Positions 11,580 through 26,289 are shown, counted from the stretch's first letter. The stretch is DNA of 64,000 nucleotides from Eledone cirrhosa (GCA_964016885.1 OZ024742.1:254324001-254388000); one strand, 5' to 3'. Notes: a model not told the origin generated them from the sequence alone. Made by a program: numbers and translations.

Positions 11580-13782
11580 AGGAGGAAAACAAGTGAGAGG
11601 GTGGAAAGTACAAACATTTAGGAAACGGGGGGGATGTAGAAATTCAGACACAAAATTACAGAAATTAAAAAGTATCCAGACAACCTAAGGGAAAAGGTCA
11701 GTAAGATACCTAACTGGAAGGGGCCTGAGTCTGATGAAGTGCAAGGATACTGGATAGAATAGCAGATCATGATATAATAGCAGATCATGATAGAATAGCA
11801 GATCAGCTTAATGATAGTTGGTATCAAACTTTAGGTCTATTACATGCCTACCATTAGGATGGAAGCTTTTGACTGCCATTTTGGTAGAGGAATGGCGTAA
11901 CCACCTGATAGTGCATGATTTATTACCACTAGAGCAAAACAGGTTGTAAGAAACGTAGTATAGGTACAAACGATCCCCTACAGCTTAATAAGATGGTAAT
12001 AAAGAATTGTAAAGAAGACTGAGAATCTTAGATTATAAAAAGCAGATGATATGGTGGCTTACAGCTGGATTTTGAGGGTGATGAACATTTTTGGTGGTGC
12101 TGACAATATGACCAATTTAGTGAAACTAAGCATGCTTGGTTGAACACACAATCAATCTTAGGAAATGTAAAAATTAGACATGGAATTTTTCAAGGTGATA
12201 GCATATCCCACTTGCTGTTTGTATTAGCAATGATTCCTCTTTCAGGGATGTTGAAGAATGTGAAATCTGTTTATGATCTGGGTCGAGGGAATGGAAAGTT
12301 AAATCATCTGCTGTTCATGGATGAACTGAAAATTTTCGTCAAATATGAGAATCAATTGAACTGCTTAATTCAAACTGTTAGGATTTTCTCAGAGGATATT
12401 AAAATGGAGTTTGGATAAACAAAATGTTCTGTTTTGATCAGGAAGAAGGAGAAATTCATGAGAAGCGATGAAATTAAGATGCCAAATGGAAAGCACATAA
12501 TATCAATAGAAGAAGGTTTTGTAAGAAGACAAAATACAGCACATGAAAATGAAGGAGATAATAAATACTGAGTATTTCAGAAGTATTTGGAAAATTCTGA
12601 TGAGCAAACTAAATGGAAGAAACATGATTATAGCAATTTATACAAAAACTGTTTCAGTGATAATGGATGGAGCTAATAGACTAGAGCAATATGAAGCTTC
12701 ATATAACAAGAAAATCATTGACATGTAAGACACTCATCATCCAAGAGCAGACATGGACTAGCTATACAGGAAGAGGAGTGATGTAGGTTGAGGACATATT
12801 GGTGTTGAAGACAGTGTGAGCATGGAAAAGAAAAGCTTGATTAATTACATAGAATGAAGCAAAGAATGTTTGATCAAAGCAATAAAGATGAACTCGTAGA
12901 AAAGAATGGAAAGGGGGAAAATAAGGAAGAGGTGCAAAGCATGCATACAAATTTATGGGAATGGAAATTGATATATGGTCAATTTGAACTAAGAATCAAA
13001 GAACCAACAGGCAAACATACATTGGATTGACTTAGAAAATGAATTCTAAAGAAAATATGGAGAGAACTATCATAGCTTCTCAAGACCAAGCTATCAAAAC
13101 TAATCTAATTAGGAACTGCATATACAAGGAAGACACATGTTCAATGTGTAGGGTGTATGGAATGTTTGAGGAGATAGTGACACTTATCATTGCTAGGTAC
13201 TCTGATTTGGTGCAAAATTAATACAGGATATGGAGTCACGATGAAGTAGCCAAGAGTATACATTGGAAACTCTGTTAAAAGTAGGGATTTGAGTGTGAGG
13301 GTAAGTGGAACAATCATGAGTCGGAGAAAGTAAAATCTCATGGGACTTCCCAATACAAACAGACAAGTTATTAGAGCACAATAAGCCAGACATAACTGTG
13401 GTGGAGAAAAACAGACATGTGGATGTATAATGCACCCCTCATTCACATTTAACTTGAGAGTGAAGAAAAAAGAAGAGGAAAAGTGAAAAAATTACAATCC
13501 ATTAATATATGAGTTTGCAAGGCTGTGGAAATTGAAAAAAGATTAGTCATACCACTAGTGATAGGTGACTTGGGAACTGTAACTCATAAATTTGATTACT
13601 GGATAAAGAAATAGAAATTGAGTGCCATATAGCATTATTCCAGAAAATTGCCTTTTGGGAACAGCACGAATCATCAGGAAAGTTATGAATAGTTGATGGA
13701 GACAAGTTTAGTGATACCTAAGACTGTGGTCTGCTATCACACAATATGCAGATTTTCAATACCTTATCTGAGAAAACCGTCC

Positions 13783-13783
<1 letters not shown>
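11580..13783 (+). mobile_element. Degenerate 5'-truncated R4/Dong element, third family
   Basis: NWKGP, HGIFQGDSIS, NHLLFMDELK, CSMCRV, NKPDI relics; ends in (TAA)n 13784-13824. Confidence 0.85.
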
Positions 13784-13824
<41 letters not shown>

Positions 13825-13827
<3 letters not shown>

Positions 13828-16032
13828 CAACTGGAAATCACCAGGCCCAGATGGTGTGCAGGGGTATTGGATTAAAAATTTAACATCCCTCCACCCGAAG
13901 CTGACGGCCATGTTCAATGACTGCTTGGTGTCGGGTGAGGTGCCAGAGTGGTTGACAAAAGGTACCACAGTTCTGATAATGAAAGACCGAATCAAGGGTA
14001 ATGATGTTACCAACTATAGACCTATCACATGTCTGTCCGTAATGTGGAAACTGTTGACGAGCATTGTGTCTGAGGAAATCTACCATCACCTCCACACAAA
14101 CAACTTGTAACCGGACGAACAGAAAGGATGCCGAAAGAAGTCACGTGGTACAAAGGACCAGTTGCTTATTGATAAGATGGTAATGGGGAATTGCAGGAGG
14201 AGACACACTGATCTTGCCATGGGATGGATAGACTACAGAAAGGCATTTGACATGGTGCCTCATTCTTGGATCACCAAAAGCCTGGAGATCTTCAGGGTGG
14301 CAGATAACATCAGACAGTTGCTGGGCAGGAGTATGGGGTCCTGGGAGACAGAGTTGACATCAACTGGAGTATCCTTGGGAAGCGTGAAGATCAAGAGAGG
14401 TATCTTCCAGGGAGATAGCCTGTCCCCTCTGTTGTTTGTCCTTACCCTGATGCCCTTGACCATTATGCTGCGAAAAGTGAGAGCAGGATACAAGTTGGGA
14501 AAGGGAGAGCTTACCATCAATCACCTCCTCTTCATGGACGATCTTAAGCTCTTCGGGAAAAGTGAGAAGGAGTTGGATGTGCTTGTTGACACTGTCCGTA
14601 TTTTCAGCAGTGATATATGTATGCAGTTTGGTATTAGTAAATGTGGAGTCATTGTGATGAGGAGGGGTAGGTTGAGCAGAAGTAACGGGATCCAGATACC
14701 AACAGGTGAGATGATAAAGGAAATTGACTCTGAGGAAGGATACAAGTATTTGGGCGTTCTGGAAGCTGATGGCATAAAGAACAAAAAAATGAAGGAATTG
14801 TTAAGAACTAAATACATTCGGAGAGTAAGGAGCATATTGAAGTCACATCTGAACAGCAGAAATGCCATAAGCGCAGTAAATTCCCGAGCTGTGTCTATTA
14901 TTAGGTACAGTGCGGGAATTCTGAGATGGAATGTTGCTGAACAAAAAGAAATGGATAGGAAGACTAGGAAGCTATTGACTATCGACAACATGTTCCACAA
15001 GAGGAGTGATGTCGATAGACTCTACCTAAGGAGATCTGAGGGTGGAAGAGGTCTTATCAGCATAGAGGACTGTGTTCAGATGGAGAAAAACAACCTATAC
15101 AAATACATGACCTATAGTAAGGAGCCAATGCTCAGAACTGTACTGAAGGAGGGGACAGTAGGCCAGGGGATGTCCAAGGAGGAAATAACATCAAGGAGGA
15201 AGAGCAGCCTTAAGGGAAAATCCCTTCATAGTACCTTCTCTGAGAAAACTGAATTTAGAGATCCGCAGACATGGAACTGGTTGAGAAGAGGAGGCTACAG
15301 AAGGAAAGCTAATGGCTGCGCAGGAGCAGGCCCTCAAAGCGAAGTGGTTGAAGCACCATATTTACAAGGAGGAGGCTAGCCCACTGTGCAGGATCTGTGG
15401 AGAGAGAGAGGAGACTGTGGCTCACATTGTGTCCGAGTGTAAACACCTAGCCCAGACCCACTATAAGGGCTGGAGACACGATGTGATGGGCAGGGTGATC
15501 CACTGGCACCTGTGCAAAGTAAACAATTTACCACATTCTGAGAAATGGTATGAGCATAGGCCAGAGGCGGTGATGGAGAACAATCAGGTGAAGGTGCTGT
15601 GGGATTTTAGGATACAGACGGACAAAAAACTGGAACACAATAGACCTGACCTGGTGGTTGTGGACAAAGAAAAAAGATCGTGTCTGATTGTGGTTGTGGC
15701 CTGCCCTTTCGACACGAGAGTGCAAGAGAAGGAGAAGGAGAAAATTAACCGATACCAGGACCTAAAGTGGGAGGTGAAAAGGATTTGGAACTGCCATGAA
15801 GTCAAAGTGATCCCGATTGTCATAGGCGCACTGGGGACTATCTCCAAAAGTTTCCAGGGATGGTTAAAGAAAATTGGCCCCTTCACGCTTTTTGGAACGC
15901 TTCAAAAGGCATGCTTGCTTGAAACAGCAAGAACCCTCCGATACGTCCTGAATATCTGAGGCTGCCGGTAGTGGCTTGATATTCATTCCAACGGACTTTC
16001 CAGTTAACCAACATCAATGACTGAGATTCAAG
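13825..16032 (+). mobile_element. 5'-truncated copy of the Dong family at 4120-7621
   Basis: Highly similar to ~5400-7621; flanked by TAA tracts; stop at 14108-14110, ~10-bp deletion near 15293. Confidence 0.95.
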
Positions 16033-16059
16033 GAATAACAATAATAATAATGATAATAA

Positions 16060-16267
16060 TGGTTTCTGATTTAGGCACAAGGCCAGCAATTTTGCAGGGA
16101 AGGGGAAGTCGATTAAATCAACCCCAGTACATTAATGGTGCTTTATTTGATCGACCCCATAAGGATGAAAGGCAAAGCTAACGTCGGCGGGATTTGAACT
16201 CAAAATGCAAAGGGCCGTAACTCTATGCTGCGAAGCAGGGTGTCTGGTGCTTTACCAATACTGCCAG
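16060..16267 (-). mobile_element. SINE family A, longer variant (further relic to ~16400)
   Basis: ggcacaaggccagcaat..gaccccataaggatgaaaggcaaag..gggatttgaactc. Confidence 0.8.
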
Positions 16268-16489
16268 AAGATAATGGTGATGATTTCTAATTTAGGTACA
16301 AAGCCAACAAACTGAGGTGAGGGAATGCTGATATTATTGACACCAGTCCTTGATTGTACATTATTTTATTGACCTCAGACAGATGAAAGGAAAAGTTGAT
16401 CTCATATGTAAATACTCTTATGCATTTTGTCTGTCACCCAAATGATTCAGACAATCCACTCCCTTAATAACTTGTTATTTGGAACATCC

Positions 16490-16755
16490 CACATTTCCAA
16501 TAATGATGGTTCTAGTTGTTTGACCAACAGAACAGCCTGCTTGTGAATGTACAAGTAGCTGAGTATTCCACAGACATGCATACTCTTAATGTAGCTCTCA
16601 AGGCGATTCATCATGCCACAGTGTGTGACAAAGCTAGCCCTTTTAAAATACATATGCAACTTACTTTTGCCATCTGAGTGGACTGGAGCAATGTAAATCA
16701 CAATGTCTTGCTGAAGGGCACATGATGTTAGGAATTGAACTCATGACTTTACAAT
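16490..16755 (-). mobile_element. SINE family B (tRNA-like head; TGTGTCCTTGAGCAAGACACTT-type core)
   Basis: Reverse complement resembles 41090-41230, 43770-43910 and 55108-55340. Confidence 0.75.
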
Positions 16756-17030
16756 CATGATGATGATGAATAATGATGATAATGAAGATGGTGGTGGTGG
16801 TGACAATGATGATGATGATGATAATAAGAATGATGATCATAGTGGTGATGATGATGATGATGATGGTGATGATGGTGAGGTTGTAATGATGATGGGGATG
16901 ATGATGAGGGTGATGATGATGAAGGTGATGACAGAAATGATGAAAATGCTAATGATGAGGAGGACGACGACGATGATGATGATGATGACGGTGGTGATGA
17001 TGATGATGATGATGACAATGAGGAGGATTT
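16756..17030. repeat. Degenerate (GAT)n low-complexity tract
   Basis: Direct reading. Confidence 0.95.
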
Positions 17031-17911
17031 CTTTATTTACAAATCACTTAATCTAAAATTTACTGGAAATTTCATCCTCTTATCTTTCTACAGACTAACT
17101 TTAAGAGGTCTCATTATTTCATACAAAGTCGTAAATTTAACAAGTTATTAAATTGATTCAGCTTCTAATACCAACCATTTATTGATCTGAATTTAGAAGC
17201 CAAATACAAGACTGAAATATTTCTTCACAACTTTCTCTCCCCAGTTCCTTCAATAAGAAGCCAAGCAAAAGGAAGAAAGCATGGATTGTTAAGATATTTT
17301 AAAAGATTGTTTAGAAAAATAGGTCATAATAGTCAGAATTATCTACACAGATATCTCCTGTTTAATAGACAAAAATAATTTAGTTTCACTTTCATAGAAA
17401 CAAATCTCTTACAAGTTTAATATTGTTGATATTAATAAAGTTCTTTTACTGACATAACATCGACAATTTAATGAGAGATATTCATGTAGAAATACGAATT
17501 TCTGAAATAAAGTCTCCAGCATGCTCACATGAATATTGGCATAGCTGTGATATAATCACAGTTTAAAATGCTCTCAGTGAGAATAGGTATATATATATAT
17601 GTGTGTGTGTGTGCGTGAGTGTGTGTGTGTGTGGATGTGTGTGTGTGTGTGCGTGTTGAACAATGAAAGTAAAAGGCAAAGTTTAGTGCTTAATCAGTTC
17701 ATTGTTTTATGATCGTTTCAGAAGGTTGATTGATCATAATAAATCAATGTAGTGACTAATCGATAGTAGTTATGTAGCCCCATATTGTCTCAAAGCTCCA
17801 AATCCATCTCACCGTTTTTCTCAGAAACAATGAATATCTATATGTGTGTGTGTATATATATATAAATATATATATATATATAAACAAATAGTAGAAAGGA
17901 AAAAGATTTTT

Positions 17912-18432
17912 TCTGCAGAAAATGTTGAAGAGATATTTTTAGTGAAATTTGTAAGCATTAATTTATTTACAATACCGGTTTCAGCATTAATGCATTGTCA
18001 ATTGCAGATATGGTGAATATTGTTAAGTTGCATATTTGTACAACTAGTGAAAATGATGATAATAACAAAAAAATATATATATAAAGACTGGAAGAAAAGT
18101 TAATTTTCACGTAAGTGGAAGAAAATTAACTTTTCTTCCCGTCTTTATATATTTTTTTTTATTATCATCATTTTCACTAGTTGTACAAACATGCAACTTA
18201 ACAATAATCTGCATATCCGCAATTGACAATGCATTTAACGCTGAAACCGGTATTGTAAATAAATTAATTGTTTCTACATTTGGCACAAGGCCAGCAATTA
18301 TCCCAGTACATTACTGGTACTCTATTTTATCGACCTCGTAAGGATGAAAGGCAAAGTCAACCTCGGCAGGATTTGTAAATAAATTAATGCTTTCAAATTT
18401 CACTAAAAATATCTCTTCAACATTTTCTACAG

Positions 18433-18433
<1 letters not shown>
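17912..18433. repeat. Long inverted repeat (~197-bp arms, loop 18109-18120) with a SINE inserted in the right arm
   Basis: Arms reverse-complementary, e.g. gaagaaaagttaattttc / gaaaattaacttttcttc. Confidence 0.92.
18269..18372 (-). mobile_element. 5'-truncated SINE A with 16-bp TSD TTGTAAATAAATTAAT
   Basis: TSD at 18253-18268 and 18373-18388. Confidence 0.9.
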
Positions 18434-18472
<39 letters not shown>

Positions 18473-18489
18473 TGAGAGAGAGAGAGAGA

Positions 18490-18540
<51 letters not shown>
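18433..18540. repeat. (TA)n(GA)n compound microsatellite
   Basis: Direct reading. Confidence 0.97.
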
Positions 18541-18545
<5 letters not shown>

Positions 18546-18589
18546 TAGTTAGCTTGGCCCTGTGTCATCTTCATTAAGTTCAATTTCTT

Positions 18590-20535
<1,946 letters not shown>

Positions 20536-20650
20536 GATGTCTCTTTTTCTCTCTCCCTCTCTCTCTCTCCCCTCTCTCTCTCTCTCTCCCCCCCTCTCTC
20601 TCTCTCTCTCTATTTATATATATATATATTGTTATACTTGGGGAGGGTCA

Positions 20651-21555
20651 TCTATATATATAAAACTGAGGATGTCTGTCTGTGTGTGTGTGAGTTTGAA
20701 TCCCTAAAACTCGAGAACCACCCAACCGACTGTTTTCAAACATTACACAGGTAATACTTATGTTTCAGGGAGTGTTCTGAACAAAAATAATTTCAAATTT
20801 TCAATGCCCTAGGGACTGCATTAGGCGATTTAGTGATCTCTCTCTATAATTCTTAGTCTTTCTCTTATTAGATAGATACATACATATAACGCCGCGCCCT
20901 TATAATATCTGTCTGTATGTCTGCATTACGTAACTTCCCTGAGGATGTCTGTCTGTGTGTGTGTCTGTGAGTTTGAATCCCTAAAACTCGAGAAGTACCC
21001 AACCAATTTTTTCAAACTTTACATGTGTATTACTTATGTTTCAGGGAGTGTTATGCACATAAAAATTCAACATTTTGATCTCCTAGGGCCTGCATTAATG
21101 AAAAACTGCGTTTTTAAAGCTTTTTAGGGTTTTTTTTTAGGCGTTACGTCAGACCGATTTCCTTGATATTGTAACTATGTATTAGTCAGTCTCTTCTTCA
21201 TACCGTGAGCAAAGAAAATCCAACTTTTTTATGGCCTATGGCCCGGATTAGGTGAAAAACTTCATTTTTTCAGCTTTTTAGGGCTTTTTGGGGGCGTTAC
21301 CTCTAGTCGATTTTCCTGAAATTTAAAAGCATATTATGCACATAAAAAAATTTCATTTTCTTGATCCCCTAGGGCCCGCATTAGGTGAAAACCTGCATTT
21401 TTTCTGCTTCATCGAGGAAAATCTTAAAGATTATCCAGCCATCAGACTATTCGGTTTATTTTCTTTACATATTGTCCCGGCGTGCAGTTTTTCCACGATT
21501 AGGTCTGTGTGGCGGCCCGCATTCCAAAATACCTTATCCCGTGCAACGCTGCTAG
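20651..21555 (+). mobile_element. Non-autonomous Helitron
   Basis: A|TCTATATATATAAAA 5' end; 3' CCCGTGCAACGC..CTAG|T; no TSD; internal duplication of the 5' block (~20667 and ~20941). Confidence 0.75.
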
Positions 21556-22469
21556 TATTGTTATAATATTGCCAGAAATAATAACAGAACACACTCACTG
21601 TTTGGTTTGGGTTGGTTTTCGCTTCTGTATCTTTTATAACTTCAACGTTAATTTATCTGGCAATCAATGTTTATCATTGATTGACCAACGGTTAAAAATA
21701 CAGATCATCATCATCATCATTTTACGTCCGCTTTTCCCTGCTTTCAAGGGTATAAATATATATATATATAGTCTATTAAAGTTCTTTCATTACACATCTG
21801 TGACCTCTTCAGTGATACTATTATGTTTCCTCCTGTTGTATTGTAATGCCTATGCCATTTTTATTTTATTTAATTTATTTATCTATTCTTGTCTCTGCTC
21901 TGTTTGTGCATGAGTTTCTGTGTGTGTTTCATGTTTGGTGTGTGTGTTCGTGTTTGAGTGTATGTGTTTTTGTTTTTGTATTCTATCTTTATTCACTAGT
22001 GTGTGTTTATATGTGTTTATTGTTATTGTACTTGTGTATATATATATTTATTTATTTATATTTCCCTTAAGTCAGTATTATTTGTTTGGGTATGGTTGTT
22101 CTTATTCCATCTTTCTATTTAACTTTGGTTTTCTTAGTTCTATCTCAGTTGCTTCTCTGATTTGCCTACCTGTTGAGTCATTTCTATGCTTGGATTTTAT
22201 TTTAATTTCTATGTTGTCTATATTATCGTCATGTCTTTGTCTGACATGTTCTTAAACAACTGAACCGTTTTTCTTTGTCTTTTAGTTCCCCTCAGTGTTG
22301 GTCTAATATTTCCTCTATGCTTTGAGCTGTCTCACCTATGTATGTCGTTGTCATGTTTCTGCAAGTACGCTCTGTACATCTTATGCTATAGACGAAATTT
22401 CTAGCTTTACAATTTATCTACATATAACACATTTCTTATTTGTACAGTGGGTTCATTTCATTTTTCTCC

Positions 22470-22790
22470 AGTCGTCGTATATCCTCTGCAGTCGCTGCCC
22501 ATGTCTCACTACCATGCAGCATCGCGCATCTCACACATGCATCATATAACTGTCCTTTCGTACGCAGGGAGAAACCCTTCTTTGTCAACAGAGGAAGCAG
22601 CTCCGTAAACTTCTTCCAACCCGTCCTTATTCTAGATACTATAGCCTCGGAACACCCGCTCCCATGCTAATCTGATCACCTAGGTACTGGAATCTATCAA
22701 CCACTTCTATAGAACCCACCTGCATTGGAAAAATGTGTCTATCACTGCCATTACTTCTGCCAACTTTCCCTGTACATCTACTGCATATAA
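22470..22790 (-). mobile_element. RTE fragment (same subfamily as 48083-49415)
   Basis: Near-identical to ~48445-48775. Confidence 0.85.
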
Positions 22791-23300
22791 TTAAAGGCCG
22801 ATTATATGATGCTTATATACGAACGGTAATATTACATGGTAGTGAGACTTGGGCATTTTGTGCTGAAGACCTGTGTAGATTAGAATGAAATGAAGCTTGC
22901 ATACTCCGATGGATGTGTAATAGTAATGTTCATGAAAGGCAAAGGATAAACGAACTAAGAGGGAGACTAAGCATAAGAGGTATCAAATGTTGTGTTCCGG
23001 AGAGGAGATTGCGTTGGTATGGACATGTGATGCATATGAAGGACAACAGCTGTATACAAAAATGCAGGGCAATGAAAATTGATGGAAACTGCAGGGTGGG
23101 TAGACCAAGAAAAACCTGCGACGAGGTGATAAAAACTGACCTTGCTCACCTCTCTAAGACAATGACACTGGATCGAGACCTTTGACGCCATACAGTTGTA
23201 CAGAAGACACGACTACTATGGCATGCAAACCTACAGTCAGTAGGCACCTCTTAACTCAATGTACATCCAACTGCCACACCCTACAACACCTTTATAAGAG
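22791..23300 (+). mobile_element. RTE 3' fragment (subfamily of 50172-53822)
   Basis: LHGSETW, ERRLRWYGHVM, GRPRKT. Confidence 0.85.
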
Positions 23301-23627
23301 AGGGAAACTCTGAAAAAAAAACCTGCGTCTTTGGAAGCATCCAATGATGTTGACAAGTTCTCCTTTACGGGTAGTGTTTTCGATGGTCAAATCACAGGCA
23401 TTGTATGTGTGTGTGTGTGTGTGTTTGTGTGTGTATGTATTTCAAAGTCTTGCATGTGACTTGTTCTGAGACTATGTGTTGAGAGCAATTACACCATGGA
23501 AGAGTCATTTTAATCATTCAAAACCACACAAAACTGTTAACTTCACTTTACATTGATCATTTATTTCTTGATGTCAAAAGTTTTCTCACACTGTTTGTGA
23601 CCTGGTCAGCAACACAGTTCTCTCTCA

Positions 23628-23684
<57 letters not shown>

Positions 23685-24176
23685 CATATACCACTTGATT
23701 AATGAATTCACATGATGAATGCAACTTAGATATAGAAATCAATGTATCTCTATGCATGCTTTTGTATTGGACAATGTAATGCGTATATTCAACGATTTAT
23801 GCAGACAAATGCTAAAATAAATTACTACATGCAAAGACATATACATTGATGTACATAAAAATACACAGAACCCTACAAATTCTAGTAGTCAACAGACACA
23901 TAAATCACATATGTATATAGGCATACGGAATGGAAAAATAATTTCAGCCTAGAGTGTAAGCAATTACCTATTCAAACAAACTGGCAATGTTTGTGCTTCC
24001 ATGATAGGAACATGTGAAATTACTGAGGCATTTCGACATCAAGGAAGAGATTCAAATATACGTTGAATGTAATTTCAGAACTACTTAATATATTTTAAGT
24101 AAGTCACATGTCCCTATATATTTAGTGAGGATAAAACAGAATGCTAATGCAATGAAATTTGGATATTTTCCATTAA

Positions 24177-24427
24177 CCCTTTTGATACCAAGCTGCCTGT
24201 AACTACCCCTGGTATTACAATAGTAAACTTGTTATTTACAAATGTTTATATTTATCTAAAGACCTTCTTTCATAAAATTATGTAAAAGCCTTTGTTATAT
24301 TATGATCCAAATACCAGCTTAATAATAAGTCAGTTATATAACTAAATCACTTTAAATTCTAGATTGTTTACCAAATTTTTGAAAATCATAGATAGTGCCT
24401 TTCATTAGAAATATGGCAACAGAAGGG
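24177..24427. mobile_element. piggyBac-like MITE (partial related copies near 24430-24625, 46150-46335, 57165-57360, 58700-58890)
   Basis: TTAA|CCCTTTTGATACCA ... TGGCAACAGAAGGG|TTAA imperfect TIRs with TTAA TSD. Confidence 0.75.
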
Positions 24428-24649
24428 TTAAAGTGTTAACATTTCTCTAAAGCCTTTCATCATTAACTTATGCACAAACCTTTATTAGGTTAAATCCCAA
24501 GCACCAGCTTAGTAATAAGAATGTTGGTTATTGTTATTAAATCCTTCCAAATTCCTGATTATTTTTAAAAGGATTTGCAAGTCATAGAATTTTGCTTATT
24601 AGAAATATGGTAATGAAGGGCTAAGATGTGAAATTAGAATTGTTTAATT

Positions 24650-24925
24650 TGGATTGAGGATTGAAATAAATACAAGGTGCATAGGTTAACGTAAATAGTT
24701 GATGTCATGAAGAGGACAAGACAACAGGAGCTAATGGTGGAATAATTATACAGGTGGAGATGATAGAGTGGCCAGGTTTGTTAGCTTTGTGTATATTGGA
24801 GAGGAAGAAGATCATGTAGGTGCAAGGAGTGCAGAAAATAATGTTAGGAGCACTGCAAGTGAGATGAGAAGAGGAGTGAGAAGACAGAAAGTGGAGGACA
24901 TGAGCTGTTGGTAGCATATGGTGGG
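24650..24925 (-). mobile_element. Penelope-like RT relic
   Basis: FFLSNIHKANKPGHSIISTC resembles the PLE motif FY.LPKIHK..NPGRPIIS. Confidence 0.55.
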
Positions 24926-25135
24926 GCCAGAAAGTAGAAGACACACACACACATATATATATATGTATTCAAATGGAATGTCTGTCGGTATGTTGATCAT
25001 GTGTTGTATATGATTGAAGTGGGGGAAACCGATTTCCACAAAGAGTTAGAATTTCCGACCAACAAGGAGTCAAGCCGATATTTATTTTAACCATGAAATG
25101 CAATGAAACAATATTACATTATATTATAGAGTTCG

Positions 25136-25335
25136 AGGGCAATGGATTGGCAGATGCTTTGAGGCATATATTCACTTTATGTTCTGAGTTCAAATCCTAC
25201 CAAGGTTAGCTTCACCTTTCATCCATATGGGGGTCAATAAAATAATGTACCAGTAATGCACTAGGCTTTACTTTAATCAAATCCCCCCCCCCCCCCCCAC
25301 ATTGTTGGCCTTGTGCCTAGATTAGAAACCATTAT
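25136..25335 (+). mobile_element. SINE family A
   Basis: ggattggcag..gagttcaaatcc..cctttcatcc..ggccttgtgcctagattagaaacc. Confidence 0.8.
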
Positions 25336-25753
25336 TTTAGAGTTTGCAGAAATATAATTACAAACATGAAAGAGAGTATTGTGTTGTGAAGTATTTATAT
25401 GTTTAGACATAGTGGAGTTTGTAAATGAGATAGATTGAATGTGTGTGTGGAACATTGTTAAAAGATTAGTCAGATTCCCTGTTTATTTGGCTGGCTAAAA
25501 ATGGACAGCCACAGGTAGCAGTTCTAAGTGACTGTTATGTGCTTGCATTAGGCAAAAAAGAAGAAAAGAATTTGCCTTAATATAACTTCTCTTGACATCA
25601 TTGCTATTTTTGTTGATGCCATCATAGTTATTTTAGTTTGGATTGATGAATATAATATATTATATGAAATTGTGATGACATGTAGCATTTTCATAAATAC
25701 ACCAGATTTAACCAAGCGATGGTTTTACTACACTCACACACGTGTGTGTGTGA

Positions 25754-25826
<73 letters not shown>

Positions 25827-25860
25827 AATGTGTATGTGTGTTTATATGTATATATATATA

Positions 25861-26250
25861 TCATCATCATCATCATCACCGTTTTACGTTCGTTCTTCCA
25901 TGCTAGCATGGGTTAGACGGGTTGTGCTGTTGTGGGCAGTGGCCGGTTGGCTGACCATACCTTGCTCATACGGGAACTGATTCTGGTTTGATTTCTACAG
26001 CTGGATAACCTTCCTAACACCAACCTCATTTACAGTGAGTGCTGGGTGATCATCATCATCATCATCGTTATCATCACTGTTTAGCGTCCATTTTTCCATG
26101 TTTACATGGGTTAAACGGGCTGCCCGCACCAGGAGGCAAGTCTGGGCAGAGTTAGCCATTTCACATTGTGAGTCACAGTGAGGACTATAAATTTGGCTGA
26201 GAATTTTACTGCTGGATGCCTTTTCTAACACTAACCACATTTACAGAATA
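25861..26250 (-). mobile_element. Two tandem RTE-tail elements (SINE or LINE 3' ends with (GAT)n tails)
   Basis: Reverse complements match RTE 3'UTR GGTGTTAGGAAGGGCATCCAGCTGTAGAAA..GATGATGAT. Confidence 0.75.
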
Positions 26251-26289
26251 TATACCCTCAATGAGGGTTAAACAGAGTAAATCAGAGTA

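Noticed and set aside
16447-16701. ORF ending AVLLVKQLEPSLLEMWDVPNNKLLREWIV as a possible host exon
   Set aside because: It lies within a SINE B copy.
16755-17056. Ser/His-rich and Met/Asp-rich ORFs
   Set aside because: Translations of the (GAT)n tract.
21509-22549. Hydrophobic ORFs
   Set aside because: T/G-rich low-complexity DNA with no recognisable motifs.
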